DNA from: an archaeon
GTDB taxonomy: Archaea; Iainarchaeota; Iainarchaeia; Iainarchaeales; GCA-2688035
Assembly (NCBI GenBank): GCA_041645325.1
Contig: JBAZQI010000001.1
Location: 8,945 to 72,944, forward strand
Length of the DNA: 64,000 bases
Reading direction: 5' to 3'
Each line of letters opens with the position of its first letter. The stretch's first letter is position 1. Positions 54,774 to 64,000 of this stretch are shown piece by piece. The notes under the pieces are model-generated. The model saw only the letters and a program-made list of their open reading frames with translations, searched no databases and had not been told where the DNA came from. Position numbers and translations under genes: made by a program.

Positions 54774-55487
54774 ATGATTGCTCCTTTCACCACTTTTCTG
54801 AACGCATTGCTTCTTGCGCTGATTCTTGCTGTTGTGCATCTTTTTTCCGAAAGGTACGCGGGCCATGCAAAAAAATTCCACGTCCAGACGCTTTCTTTTT
54901 CTGCAGGCCTTTTCCTCGGCCTTATTTTCCTCTACCTTTTGCCCGAGTTCTTCAAGGGAATTGGCCACGTGGGCGAAAGCATCTACATCCTGATGCTTGC
55001 GGGCTTTGTCTGCATGCATTTGGGCGAAAAGTACGTTTACCAGCACGTGAAGGACAAGAAGGAGAAGCTGCAGGACCTTGCCTCAATCCACGTGCTCGGC
55101 TTTTTCATAAACCATTTTATTGTCGGAATAACCCTGTTCCTTGCCTTCAGCATAGAGGGCCCGTTGTCCGGCTTCCTTATTTTCATTCCGCTGTTGCTGC
55201 ACACTTTTTCAAGCAGCCTTTCGCTTAACGACATTGACGAAAAGCTCAAGAGCAAAACCATTTCCTGTGCCGTGCTGCCGCTTGCCCCGGTAATCGGAGT
55301 TGCCTTTGCCTACATGATGAACCTCAGCCCTTACCTGTACTATCTGATGTTTTCCTTTGTCCTCGGCGCAATGCTTTACATTGCGGTTAGGGACACACTG
55401 CCGCGCAACGACCTGGGGAAGCCGTTTTTCTTCCTTACCGGCGTTTTGCTGAGCGTTCTCATCCTCACCCTAATTTCGGTCATCTGA
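54774..55487 (+). CDS. ZIP-family divalent metal transporter (ZupT-like)
   Basis: Eight TM segments and the HxxxE/HNFxxG-type motifs (HVLGFFINHFIVG). Confidence 0.7.
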   Translation: MIAPFTTFLNALLLALILAVVHLFSERYAGHAKKFHVQTLSFSAGLFLGLIFLYLLPEFFKGIGHVGESIYILMLAGFVCMHLGEKYVYQHVKDKKEKLQDLASIHVLGFFINHFIVGITLFLAFSIEGPLSGFLIFIPLLLHTFSSSLSLNDIDEKLKSKTISCAVLPLAPVIGVAFAYMMNLSPYLYYLMFSFVLGAMLYIAVRDTLPRNDLGKPFFFLTGVLLSVLILTLISVI

Positions 55488-55660
55488 AACCCATTGCCAG
55501 CTGGGAAGCAGACTGATTGGGGGAAGCAAAAGGCGGTTTGCAAAGCAGGAAGCATTTATTGCACGGTGATTTTTGTCAAAATGGGGTTTGGAATAAAAAT
55601 AATTACCTGCTGGAAAAGCAGTGGTTGGGAAATAAAAGCATTTGATGAGGAGGAGAAAAA

Positions 55661-55993
55661 ATGAGGTGTGTTTGCGGAAACAAATTGCAGGAAATAGAAA
55701 CAGAAATGGATTTTTTTGACGGCAACCTGATAATGAGGAATGTAAAGGCTTTCTATTGCAGCAAATGCAAGGAAGAGCTTTTTGATTCAAAAGAAGGCGA
55801 CAGGATGTTTGACCTGGTGTCAAAATTAAGCCCGCAATGCGCTTTTGAATCAAGAAAAAAAATTGCAAGGGTGGGAAACAGCTATGCCATACCTGTGTCC
55901 AAAGAAATAGCGGATTACCTGCAAATAAAAAAGGGCGGGGATATTCTCGTAAAAGTAAAAAGCCCAAAAAAGCTGGTAATAGAAATACAGTAA
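55661..55993 (+). CDS. zinc-ribbon + AbrB/MazE-like swapped-hairpin domain protein
   Basis: N-terminal CVCG..CSKC. C-terminal ARVGNSYAIPVSKEIADYLQIKKGDILVKV. Confidence 0.55.
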   Translation: MRCVCGNKLQEIETEMDFFDGNLIMRNVKAFYCSKCKEELFDSKEGDRMFDLVSKLSPQCAFESRKKIARVGNSYAIPVSKEIADYLQIKKGGDILVKVKSPKKLVIEIQ

Positions 55994-56109
55994 CAACAGC
56001 GCTTTCAGCGCCTTCCGCACCCAAATCATGCCGGTCCGTCAACAGGCCGCAAAAACTATGGGCGGCGGAATTGGCAGGAAATTCCACCTGCTTCAATGCA
56101 GGCAGGCAC

Positions 56110-56724
56110 ATGTTTAAATTGGAAAAAAGCCTTATTCTTCCACAAAAAGGTGTTTTCTTGCTGAACAATTTTTACGACAAGTTCATTTTTGCCAACGCCC
56201 TGAAATACAAGAACAACAACTTTTTCCTCGCTGACCTGCCGTTCCTTGTCTGCCCGGTGGAGCTGCTTTCAGGGCTGCTTGAAACACAGGACCAGGATTT
56301 TGAAAGAAAGCTTTACCTTGCGATAAGGGAAAGCGTTTCAAAGCACCTCATTCCGTCATTTGGCGCTGAATTTGGCCTAAGAGGCAAGCCTCTTGTTGAC
56401 TTTCTCGAAAAGTACTTTGTGGCTTCCGGCTGGGGCACAATAAGCAATATTGACCTTGACTTTGAGGCAAAAAAGGCGATTGTAAGGGTCTCAAACAACC
56501 CTGTGTCAAGCAGGCTCCATTTCCGCGCAGCAGCGCCGGCAGACCACATTCTCCGCGGCGTCCTGGCCGGCATTTTCTCGCGCGTCTTTGAGGAAAAAAT
56601 GGACTGCGTTGAAACCCATTGCTGTGCCCTGGGCGAACAGGAATGCGAATTCATAATAAAAAAACAGCACGATTTTGACTTCTCGGACAAAAGGGTAATG
56701 CGGCAGGTAGAACTGCTGCTATAA
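56110..56724 (+). CDS. V4R (4-vinyl reductase) domain protein
   Basis: C-terminal ...CVETHCCALGEQECEFIIKK with the V4R cysteine/CEF signature. Confidence 0.55.
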   Translation: MFKLEKSLILPQKGVFLLNNFYDKFIFANALKYKNNNFFLADLPFLVCPVELLSGLLETQDQDFERKLYLAIRESVSKHLIPSFGAEFGLRGKPLVDFLEKYFVASGWGTISNIDLDFEAKKAIVRVSNNPVSSRLHFRAAAPADHILRGVLAGIFSRVFEEKMDCVETHCCALGEQECEFIIKKQHDFDFSDKRVMRQVELLL

Positions 56725-56790
56725 CTTTTTTGCGCCAACAGGGTTCACATCTTTATAAGAATACTTTGCAGGAAATTTTTTCTTGTTGCA

Positions 56791-57534
56791 ATGATTCTTG
56801 GGATTTCAACAGGCTGTTTCTGGCAGTCCGGTTTGCCGGAACTCAAAATTCTGCGTTTTTTGAGGCGTCTCCCTGAGCTTGATGCCATTGAACTGGTTTT
56901 CGCTTTTCCCGAAGAGCTTTTTGATTTCAGACCGAAGCGCGAAGATATTGCGTTTTTGCACTCAAAAAAGCACGTTTCCCTGCATGCGCCTTTCAATGAA
57001 GTGGAATACAAGAATAATGCAAAATCCAAAAAACTTCTTGCCGCCCTGAATTCACTGGCACTGAAATGCGAAGCAGAGAATGTTGTTTTCCACGCGCACA
57101 CAATAAAGGATTTTTCCCTTTTTGAAGGCATTGATTTTGCGCCCCTGGCTGAAAACCTGGTCTCAAAAAAAGGCATGGAGCGGCTGGTTTCCGTGCAGCA
57201 ATGCAAGGATTTTTTGTCATCGCATGAAAACTTTGGCTTCTGCTTTGACGTCGGCGATTCCCTGGCTGAAAGAATCAAGCCAAAAGACTTTTTTGCCCTT
57301 AAGAACAGGCTAAAGGAAGCCCACATTCATTTTCCAAGTCTTGAAAAAGGCAAACTCAAACCTCACTGTCTGCCTTCAAAAACCGGCAAAAAATTCCTTG
57401 ACGAGGTTAAGGCAATCCCTTTTCCGGACGTCCCCCTCATATTTGAAGGATATTTTCCTTCAGCCGAACAGGATATTGCAACAAAAGAAATAGAACTATT
57501 CAAAACACTCATGGATTGCAAAAGCAAAATTTAA
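56791..57534 (+). CDS. sugar-phosphate isomerase/epimerase (xylose-isomerase-like TIM barrel)
   Basis: MILGISTGCF... VVFHAHT and the pattern of catalytic acidic residues. Confidence 0.55.
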   Translation: MILGISTGCFWQSGLPELKILRFLRRLPELDAIELVFAFPEELFDFRPKREDIAFLHSKKHVSLHAPFNEVEYKNNAKSKKLLAALNSLALKCEAENVVFHAHTIKDFSLFEGIDFAPLAENLVSKKGMERLVSVQQCKDFLSSHENFGFCFDVGDSLAERIKPKDFFALKNRLKEAHIHFPSLEKGKLKPHCLPSKTGKKFLDEVKAIPFPDVPLIFEGYFPSAEQDIATKEIELFKTLMDCKSKI

Positions 57535-57582
57535 TCCAATTCCCCCTCCTTTTTAAATAATTTCCATGCAATTACTCTTATC

Positions 57583-58422
57583 ATGGCATTGTCTTTTTCG
57601 ATTGTTGCTGCTAATCCTGCTTCCACTGAAGATTTCATTATTCTTGCTTTGAGCCAAAGGTTTCCCTTGTCAGCCAAGGAAATCTATTCTACCTTGAGAA
57701 GAGATGGTTTCGGAGCTTCTTATCAGGCTGTTCACAAGAAGCTGAAGGAATTGGAAAAAGATTCTATTATAGTTAAAGATGGCCGTAAATACCTGATTAA
57801 TAGGAACTGGATTTTGAATGCAAAATCTTTTCTAGAGCGAATGGACAGAGATCTGATTAGATCTGACAAGAAAGTTGAGGCAAAGGAGGCTGTTTGTCTT
57901 TCTTTTGATTCTTACAATGACTTTAGCACACATATGCTGGAAGAATTCGTAAAGGAAAGAGAGTTAGAACCAGGCGGAATTTGCGTAACCTGCCAAAAGC
58001 ACTTTTATTGGATTCTCAGCATCAGCAAGCGCGATTATGCGCTCTTGAGAAAGCTGGGTTCGGGTGGAAAGAGTTACATTGTTTGCGAGGGCAATTCTCC
58101 TATTGACAAATTGCTTGCTCCGATTTACAGAAAGCTTGGCTGGAAAGTTGTTACAGGCATAAATTACTCTGAAAATTACGACCTAATAGTCTACAGGGAC
58201 TGGATTCACCAGATTTTCTTCTCAGAAAAGCAAAAGAGAATAGTTGAAAAAGTTTGTAAAGAAGTTCACGGCTTAGAGGGCTTTACCTCAAATTTTTACA
58301 AAGAATACTTTGAAAACAAAGGCAAAATAAAGGTGATTATATTCAAAGACTGCGAATTGGCAAGGCAGCTGAGGGCAGATGTCCTAAAACACTTCAAAAG
58401 CGCAGGCCTAACCCCCAAATAG
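57583..58422 (+). CDS. wHTH + C-terminal unknown-domain protein, paralog A
   Basis: N-terminal LSAKEIYSTL....SYQAVHKKLKEL winged helix. The C-terminal domain aligns with 61674..62480 (about 25-30% identity by eye). Confidence 0.55.
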   Translation: MALSFSIVAANPASTEDFIILALSQRFPLSAKEIYSTLRRDGFGASYQAVHKKLKELEKDSIIVKDGRKYLINRNWILNAKSFLERMDRDLIRSDKKVEAKEAVCLSFDSYNDFSTHMLEEFVKERELEPGGICVTCQKHFYWILSISKRDYALLRKLGSGGKSYIVCEGNSPIDKLLAPIYRKLGWKVVTGINYSENYDLIVYRDWIHQIFFSEKQKRIVEKVCKEVHGLEGFTSNFYKEYFENKGKIKVIIFKDCELARQLRADVLKHFKSAGLTPK

Positions 58423-58501
58423 GTCTATGATGCCATTTTTACTTTATAAGAAAAATTTATATACAAGCGGCGTTTTATAATACCAATAAGGATGTTTTAT
58501 T

Positions 58502-59269
58502 TTGGTTGACATCGAAAGAACAAAGTTTGGGATTCAAGGCCTTGATAAAGCGCTGATGGGCGGGATTCCGCAAGGAAACATTGTGCTGGTTAGTGGCGGT
58601 GCAGGAACCGGAAAGAGCACCCTTTGCTTGCAGTTCCTAGTCAATGGTGTAACTGCCTTTGGGGAAAAAGCGCTTTACATTAGTACAGAGCAGACTGAAG
58701 GAGAGTTGCAAAAGCAGGCAAGTAGTTTTGGCTGGGACCTGAAAAGGCTTGAGGAAAAAAACCTTCTGAAAATTATTTTCTTTGACATCACGCACGGAGA
58801 CAATTTCCTGCAGCAAGTTGATTTAACTATTAAAGAATTCAAACCCAAACGCATTGTAATTGACAGCATGACCACTTTGACTGATTCCCTCATCATTGGT
58901 GGCATGAGTGAAGACAGTGCATTCTCCTTGGTTCAAGTCCTTGAATCAGTTTCGCCTATACCAAGAACGGAGCAAATAATCGCAAAAAGCATACTATACA
59001 AATTAATAGCAGAACTAAAAAAATACAAGCTTACCACGATTCTCACATCTGAACTCTACGAAGAGGCAAAACGCCTAAGCGCGGACGGAATATCAGAATT
59101 CATAACGGATGGGGTAATCATACTGCACTACATAGAAATCGGGGCAAGTGACTACAGAAGTATGGAAATAAGAAAAATGAGATACTCAGACTATGGCAAA
59201 GACGTAATACCCTACAACATCACTAGCAAAGGAATAGAAATTGTGGAAGAAGAAAAAACCAAATTCTAA
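58502..59269 (+). CDS. KaiC/RadA-like single-domain RecA-superfamily ATPase
   Basis: GIQGLDKALMGGIPQGNIVLVSGGAGTGKST Walker A. Walker B ...RIVIDS. Confidence 0.8.
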   Translation: MVDIERTKFGIQGLDKALMGGIPQGNIVLVSGGAGTGKSTLCLQFLVNGVTAFGEKALYISTEQTEGELQKQASSFGWDLKRLEEKNLLKIIFFDITHGDNFLQQVDLTIKEFKPKRIVIDSMTTLTDSLIIGGMSEDSAFSLVQVLESVSPIPRTEQIIAKSILYKLIAELKKYKLTTILTSELYEEAKRLSADGISEFITDGVIILHYIEIGASDYRSMEIRKMRYSDYGKDVIPYNITSKGIEIVEEEKTKF

Positions 59270-59492
59270 CCTATTTCTCACATATGTGGCAAAAAGCAGT
59301 TATATTACTTTCACATATATTACATACAATGACTGCTGATTTTCGTTCGAGCAAAAATCAGCTACTACCTACAGCAACTCGAAAAAAGGCAAAATCAGAA
59401 CCAAGCACCTAGGGCCAAGCACTATAACAGCACGGTCAATGGAAATGGAAAAAATCAGAATAATACACGAAATGATGAAGGAAGCGTAAAAA

Positions 59493-60017
59493 ATGTTTGA
59501 CGTAGTGAAAAAATTGTTACTTGCAAGACAACTCTCTTTAGAAAAAGGTCACATAAAATTACTTGAAGTGCCAGTAAATGTTATCCCTGTTTCTGTCATT
59601 GCTTACTTAGAGAAAATACTTATAGACACTTTTGGTTATGAAGAAGCGAGAAAGAAAATTTACCAAGGAGGCTATGAAGGGGGGCGAGATTTCTGTAATA
59701 AGTTTGTGGAAAGATATCGTATGAAAACCCCCCGGGAAATAATTGAGTGGGAGTTGAATATTGTCACAATGGCGGGGTGGGGTGAACTAGAGTTAAAGAG
59801 GTTAGATGCTAAAAAAGGGTCTGCTCTTGTGATTGTAAAAAACTCTTCTGTAGCTGAAATGTTAGGACCGTATGGTAAATCAATCGATTTTTTTATGGAA
59901 GGTTTTATGGCAGGCGGTAGTTCAATTGCGTTGGGTATGCCAATGAAGGTTACTGAAGTCAAATGTAAATCCAAGGGCGATTCTTTCTGTGAGTTTTTGT
60001 TTGAGAGCGAAATGTAG
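59493..60017 (+). CDS. V4R-domain protein
   Basis: C-terminal CKSKGDSFCEFLFE V4R signature. Confidence 0.55.
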   Translation: MFDVVKKLLLARQLSLEKGHIKLLEVPVNVIPVSVIAYLEKILIDTFGYEEARKKIYQGGYEGGRDFCNKFVERYRMKTPREIIEWELNIVTMAGWGELELKRLDAKKGSALVIVKNSSVAEMLGPYGKSIDFFMEGFMAGGSSIALGMPMKVTEVKCKSKGDSFCEFLFESEM

Positions 60018-60034
60018 TGGTCTCTGAATCTTGA

Positions 60035-60892
60035 TTGAGTGGTTTGATGTCAAAAATTTCACATTTTTTCCATCTTATCGTTCCACAGTACATTCCAATG
60101 GCACTTACCAGTCTTCTAGTAGGTGCCGTTTTTTCAATTAGTTCTTTGCCTGATTGGCGTTTTTGGATTGCAGCTTTTTCTCTTTCTTGTATTGTAGGTG
60201 GTTTCAACTCTTTTAATGCAATCGCGGATAAAGAGATAGACCGAATTAACAAACCTTATAGGCCAATTCCATCTAAGAAAATCACTGAGAGAGAAGCTTT
60301 GTTGTTCGCCGCTTTGCTATATTTTGTTGCTTTGTTTTCTGCGTTTCTTATTAACCTGGTTTTTTTTGTAATCATTTTTATTTCAACGCTTCTTACAATA
60401 GCATATTCTTATCCTGGTTTAGATTTAAAGAAACGATTCTTTTTTGGAACTCTTAGTGTAACCTTTTTCTATGCCGTCCTATGTCCATTGGCTGGATGGG
60501 CTCTTTATCCATTGGAAGAAATTCCCCTCTCTATAATTTTTTTCTTGTTCTTTTTTGGTTTAAGTTTGGCTATCTCAAAAGATTTTATGGATATGCTGGG
60601 AGACTCTTGCAACAAGGCTAACACCTTTCCTGTTAGGTTAGGATATAATCAAAGTATCGGCTTTGTATTTCTTTTCTTGACCTTTTCATTTGGCTTTTTG
60701 ATTTTTTTGGTCAGTCAAAAAATTTTACGTTCAGAATATCTCTTTATTTTGATTTTTTTCCCTCTATTGATTCTAAATATAAACATTCTCAGAAGGAAAA
60801 CTATTTTGTTTACTAAAAATAATGTGTTTGGAAGAACAATAATTCTTATAATAATCCTTGAATTAACTCTTATTTTGTTGGAAATAACCTAA
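60035..60892 (+). CDS. UbiA-superfamily prenyltransferase (DGGGP-synthase-like)
   Basis: NAIADKEIDRINKPYRPIPS (first Asp of the NDxxDxxxD motif replaced by Ala) and a second Asp-rich motif DFMDMLGD. Eight to nine TM segments. Confidence 0.7.
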   Translation: MSGLMSKISHFFHLIVPQYIPMALTSLLVGAVFSISSLPDWRFWIAAFSLSCIVGGFNSFNAIADKEIDRINKPYRPIPSKKITEREALLFAALLYFVALFSAFLINLVFFVIIFISTLLTIAYSYPGLDLKKRFFFGTLSVTFFYAVLCPLAGWALYPLEEIPLSIIFFLFFFGLSLAISKDFMDMLGDSCNKANTFPVRLGYNQSIGFVFLFLTFSFGFLIFLVSQKILRSEYLFILIFFPLLILNINILRRKTILFTKNNVFGRTIILIIILELTLILLEIT

Positions 60893-61488
60893 ATAGTTAT
60901 CTTCAGCGCTTCTAACCATATGTAGACTATGGTTTCTAAAACGATCAGGTTTACCCCTACTAGCCCGCCTAGGACGACGACTTGTTGTTTCCATCCTTTT
61001 ACTTTTTCGGTTGCAAATTTGTAGGCGAATACGAAGAGGCTTATTGCAAATATCCAGCCGATAAAGTTTACGAGTGGTGCTCCAAACCATATTGATTCTG
61101 GTGTCCATAGCCAAAATTTGTATGCAAACGCAAGGGGCTCAAGCATTATAATATCAAATAATGTTGCTGTTGTGGCAGTCATTGTTTCTATTTTAACAAG
61201 ATTTTTGATATGGAACTTGCTTGTTATTATATAGTAACCAACAAATATAACTGTGGCCCATGCTAACGGTACATAGAGCGGAACACCAAGTGCATAGATT
61301 GTATACGTTGCTGCATAGTAATATCTATGAAAAATAAAAATCGAGAAAAATTCTATCAGCCACCCCCACATAGCAGCTGGCACCATAAATAAGAGCGCAG
61401 TTTTTACGCCTTTTTTTCTTGAGAAAAAAACAAATGCCAGCAAAAAGGCGCCAATCCAAAAAAATTCAAATAAGAGATGCACCAACAT
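60889..61488 (-). CDS. aromatic-rich polytopic membrane protein (unrecognised)
   Basis: 199 aa, 5-6 TM segments. Convergent with the UbiA gene, with a 4-nt overlap. Confidence 0.45.
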   Translation of the reverse strand: MLVHLLFEFFWIGAFLLAFVFFSRKKGVKTALLFMVPAAMWGWLIEFFSIFIFHRYYYAATYTIYALGVPLYVPLAWATVIFVGYYIITSKFHIKNLVKIETMTATTATLFDIIMLEPLAFAYKFWLWTPESIWFGAPLVNFIGWIFAISLFVFAYKFATEKVKGWKQQVVVLGGLVGVNLIVLETIVYIWLEALKITI

Positions 61489-61673
61489 TAAATCGCCCTT
61501 TATAGCTTATTTTGTTTTCTTCAATTCCTCTAAATTATAGCCTCTCTACAGTAGCTAATTATTGAACTTCGTATTTTTTAACGATTTCTTTTCTGTTAAA
61601 TATATCTGTTTATGTCGATTAATTTTTCTTTGCCTGAGTTGGTGCAAGCAGTTCTGGTGTAAGGGACCGCATT

Positions 61674-62480
61674 GTGAGTATTCTCGGTGAGGAGTGGCCT
61701 CTTTCCGCGAAGGAGGTTTTTAACAGGGTTTGCAGGGCTTTGAACAAGACTGTTTCTTACCAGGCAGTTCACAAGGTTTTGAAGCAGCTGGTTTTTGAGG
61801 GTGTGTTGCGCGTTGACAGCGGCAAGTACCGGCTCGATGCTAGCTGGATTGACAACTTAAAAAAGATTGTCAATGAATTGGATTCGAAGTACAACTCGGT
61901 GGACAAAACCCATATTGTAGGGGGGAAAGTGATTAATCTTACTTTTAACAACTACAATCAGATGGGGCGGTTCTTTGTTTACAAATTTCTAAACGGAGAT
62001 TTCAATCCTGAAAACAGGCCTTCGCTTTGTCTGATGCAGCACACTTGGCCGACAATAGGCTTGTCGGACGAGGATTATGTTGCTGTTCGGAAGGGGCTGA
62101 AGAGAACGCTTCATTATTGCATCGTGGAGGGCGGCACTTTTCTGGACAAGTGGTTTGTCACGCTGCTTGAAAAGCTGGGGAAAAAGTGCGTAACTGGCAC
62201 TAAGCCGCCGGGCAACGCTGACTTGGTTGTTGAAGGCGATTACATTGCGCAGGTTTTCTTTCCCTATGATTTCAGAAAGAATTTCAATGCCCAGTACGAA
62301 AAAATAAAAAAAGCGGACCAACTTGACATATTCAACGTTTTCATCGAAATCCTGGGAAAAGACGCCAAAATTACCGTGCTCATAACGGAAAATCAGCTTC
62401 TTGCAGAGCAGTTGAGAAGAGAATCAATAAGTATTTTTAACAGAAGCGGAGCGAAAACTCAAAGCCAAAAATTGCATTGA
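61674..62480 (+). CDS. wHTH + C-terminal unknown-domain protein, paralog B
   Basis: LSAKEVFNRV....SYQAVHKVLKQL. The C-terminus aligns with paralog A (VEGG/VCEG...KLG.K.VTG...DL(V/I)V..D(Y/W)I.Q(V/I)FF). Confidence 0.55.
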   Translation: MSILGEEWPLSAKEVFNRVCRALNKTVSYQAVHKVLKQLVFEGVLRVDSGKYRLDASWIDNLKKIVNELDSKYNSVDKTHIVGGKVINLTFNNYNQMGRFFVYKFLNGDFNPENRPSLCLMQHTWPTIGLSDEDYVAVRKGLKRTLHYCIVEGGTFLDKWFVTLLEKLGKKCVTGTKPPGNADLVVEGDYIAQVFFPYDFRKNFNAQYEKIKKADQLDIFNVFIEILGKDAKITVLITENQLLAEQLRRESISIFNRSGAKTQSQKLH

Positions 62481-62673
62481 TTTGGGTTTGGGAACCCCCC
62501 CTTAGGGCATTTGTTTTTTTGGCCTTTTTGGTTTTTCTGGCGTGTCCTGGCTTGTCGGCAGGGGTAAGAGTGAAAGGGTTGCAAAAAGACAGCGGAATTC
62601 ATTTATAAGGAATGACCAGGCATTTCCAAATTCAAGCTTCGCGTTTCCATTCCTTAAACAGAATGCTCATGCT

Positions 62674-62985
62674 TCAGATTATTTCGGCAATTTTTTCGGA
62701 TTCTGGTCTGCGGTAAAGGCAGCCGTCTTTCTCCACAATGCAGTTTTTTGAAAACGCGTCCATTATTTTTTTCAGCTTGCCGTTCCTGATAAGCGTGTTT
62801 TTTTCAATGTCCTCCAAAGAAAAGTAGCAGTTTTTTTCGCGCAGAATGCAGAGCAATGCCATTACATGGCTTGGCCCGGCTTCCGGAACCTTTTGCGCAA
62901 GAATGCGGAGCATTGCCGCCTCCTTTACAGTTGTGCCAGCCACCCAAACCCCTTTTTTGTTTGAAGGCAGGGTGCTCGGGCGCAA
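62674..62985 (-). CDS. small winged-helix protein
   Basis: MarR/ArsR-like helix pattern in MLRILAQ...; about 80 aa from Met25. Confidence 0.35.
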   Translation of the reverse strand: MRPSTLPSNKKGVWVAGTTVKEAAMLRILAQKVPEAGPSHVMALLCILREKNCYFSLEDIEKNTLIRNGKLKKIMDAFSKNCIVEKDGCLYRRPESEKIAEII

Positions 62986-63291
62986 AGCCAGGCGAGCGCC
63001 CTGCCGCGAGCAGGCTCACAATTTCTTGGTTGCCCGCAAAAAGAAACGCGGCTTTCGGGCTATTATATCCATGGTTTAAAAAAGTTAAACCAGAAGGTTT
63101 ACTTGACACATAGCCTTTATTGCTCAATGCAAGAAATATGAAAAGGTATAGTGAAGGGATTATGCCGAAAATTATTTTTCTCATGACTGGCAGTTTTTTT
63201 GAATCTCCGCACCTATGCCTTCAGCAGGCGTGGCATTCAAGCTTCTATTTAAAAGAAGTTATATTGCAAATTTTATTGTGGGGACAAAATT

Positions 63292-64000
63292 ATGGTTGGG
63301 GTAATTGAACCGGTAATCCTGGCAGTTTTACTGATTATTCTGGGTGCCTTGAGCATTAGGATTGTCAGGCCGACAGGCAGGGCGATTGTTGAAAGGTTTG
63401 GAAAATACCACTGTTTTGCTACTCCGGGAATAAATTTTATTCTGCCGTTTATTGACAGGCTGTACCCGGTAAACATTACCGAACAGATAACAGAATTGGA
63501 ACAGCAGGAAGTCATTACTGGCGATAACCTTAATGCAATGGTTGACGCGCAGGTTTATTACAAGATTTTGTCAGACGAGGAAAATGTTAAAAAAAGCCAG
63601 TACAATGTTAACAAGGTTGACTATCAGATTGTCGCATTGGCAAGGACTACATTGCGCAATGTAATCGGTTCAATGACCTTGAAAGAGGTTAACAGCGCAA
63701 GAAATGTCATAAACGAAAAGCTTGGCACTGCGTTGGAAAAGGAAGCCTCCAAATGGGGTGTTGAGATTGTCCGTGCCGAATTGAAGGAAGTTACTCCTCC
63801 TGCCGCAGTACAGACTACAATGAACCAGATTGTGGTTGCGGAAAACGAAAAGATTGCAGCAAAAGACTTTGCAATTGCCCAGCAGACTCGCGCCGACGGA
63901 GAAAGAATGGCGACAGTGAAGATTGCTGAGGGAAACGCACAGGCAGTGCAAATTGAGGCTGCCGCAAAAGCATATCAGATAAAGCTGGTGAACGAATCCG
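63292..64000 (+). CDS. SPFH/band-7 (stomatin/prohibitin-like) membrane protein, 5' part, runs off window end
   Basis: N-terminal TM helix followed by IVRPTGRAIVERFGKY...GINFILPFIDR...ITGDNLNAMVDAQVYYKI...TLRNVIGSMTLKEVNSAR SPFH core. No stop before position 64000, so it is absent from the ORF track. Confidence 0.75.
   Translation, partial: MVGVIEPVILAVLLIILGALSIRIVRPTGRAIVERFGKYHCFATPGINFILPFIDRLYPVNITEQITELEQQEVITGDNLNAMVDAQVYYKILSDEENVKKSQYNVNKVDYQIVALARTTLRNVIGSMTLKEVNSARNVINEKLGTALEKEASKWGVEIVRAELKEVTPPAAVQTTMNQIVVAENEKIAAKDFAIAQQTRADGERMATVKIAEGNAQAVQIEAAAKAYQIKLVNES

Overview
Archaeal chromosomal segment with dense housekeeping content. Key markers: Topo VI B/A operon, MetRS, an MCM helicase carrying two LAGLIDADG inteins, aIF2-beta, aIF1A, eIF5A, a presenilin/SPP-type intramembrane protease, SAHH, adenylate kinase, a UbiB kinase, MinD, an Sm protein, tRNA-Ser (intron-containing), tRNA-Ala and tRNA-Val. 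A complete 'exosome-proteasome superoperon' is present (Pop5, PsmA, SBDS, Rrp4, Rrp41, Rrp42, L37ae, RpoP, Pcc1-like, prefoldin-beta). Over this backbone sit several unusual layers. (1) An abundant modular hairpin repeat family with core AAGCCTTGGGAAAA, found in at least 10 loci, including in-frame inside an HD-hydrolase gene and inside the tRNA-Ser intron. (2) A second roughly 80-nt repeat family (AGCCGNCAC..CCGGCTGGT ... GGCTCGYT..TGCTCGCCA) with conserved ends and a variable central hairpin, 4 copies. (3) Three separate loci where the 3' end of a gene or tRNA is duplicated as a 20-41 bp direct repeat bracketing a small insert; one insert is a RelE-type toxin-antitoxin cassette. (4) A frameshifted free-standing HTHx4-LAGLIDADG homing-endonuclease gene upstream of metG. 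(5) A HEPN/MNT module next to an RHH gene. (6) A paralog-flanked cluster containing a KaiC-like ATPase, a V4R protein, a UbiA prenyltransferase and a membrane protein. No CRISPR arrays and no rRNA genes were found. All family assignments are from motif recognition by eye; no database search was possible.
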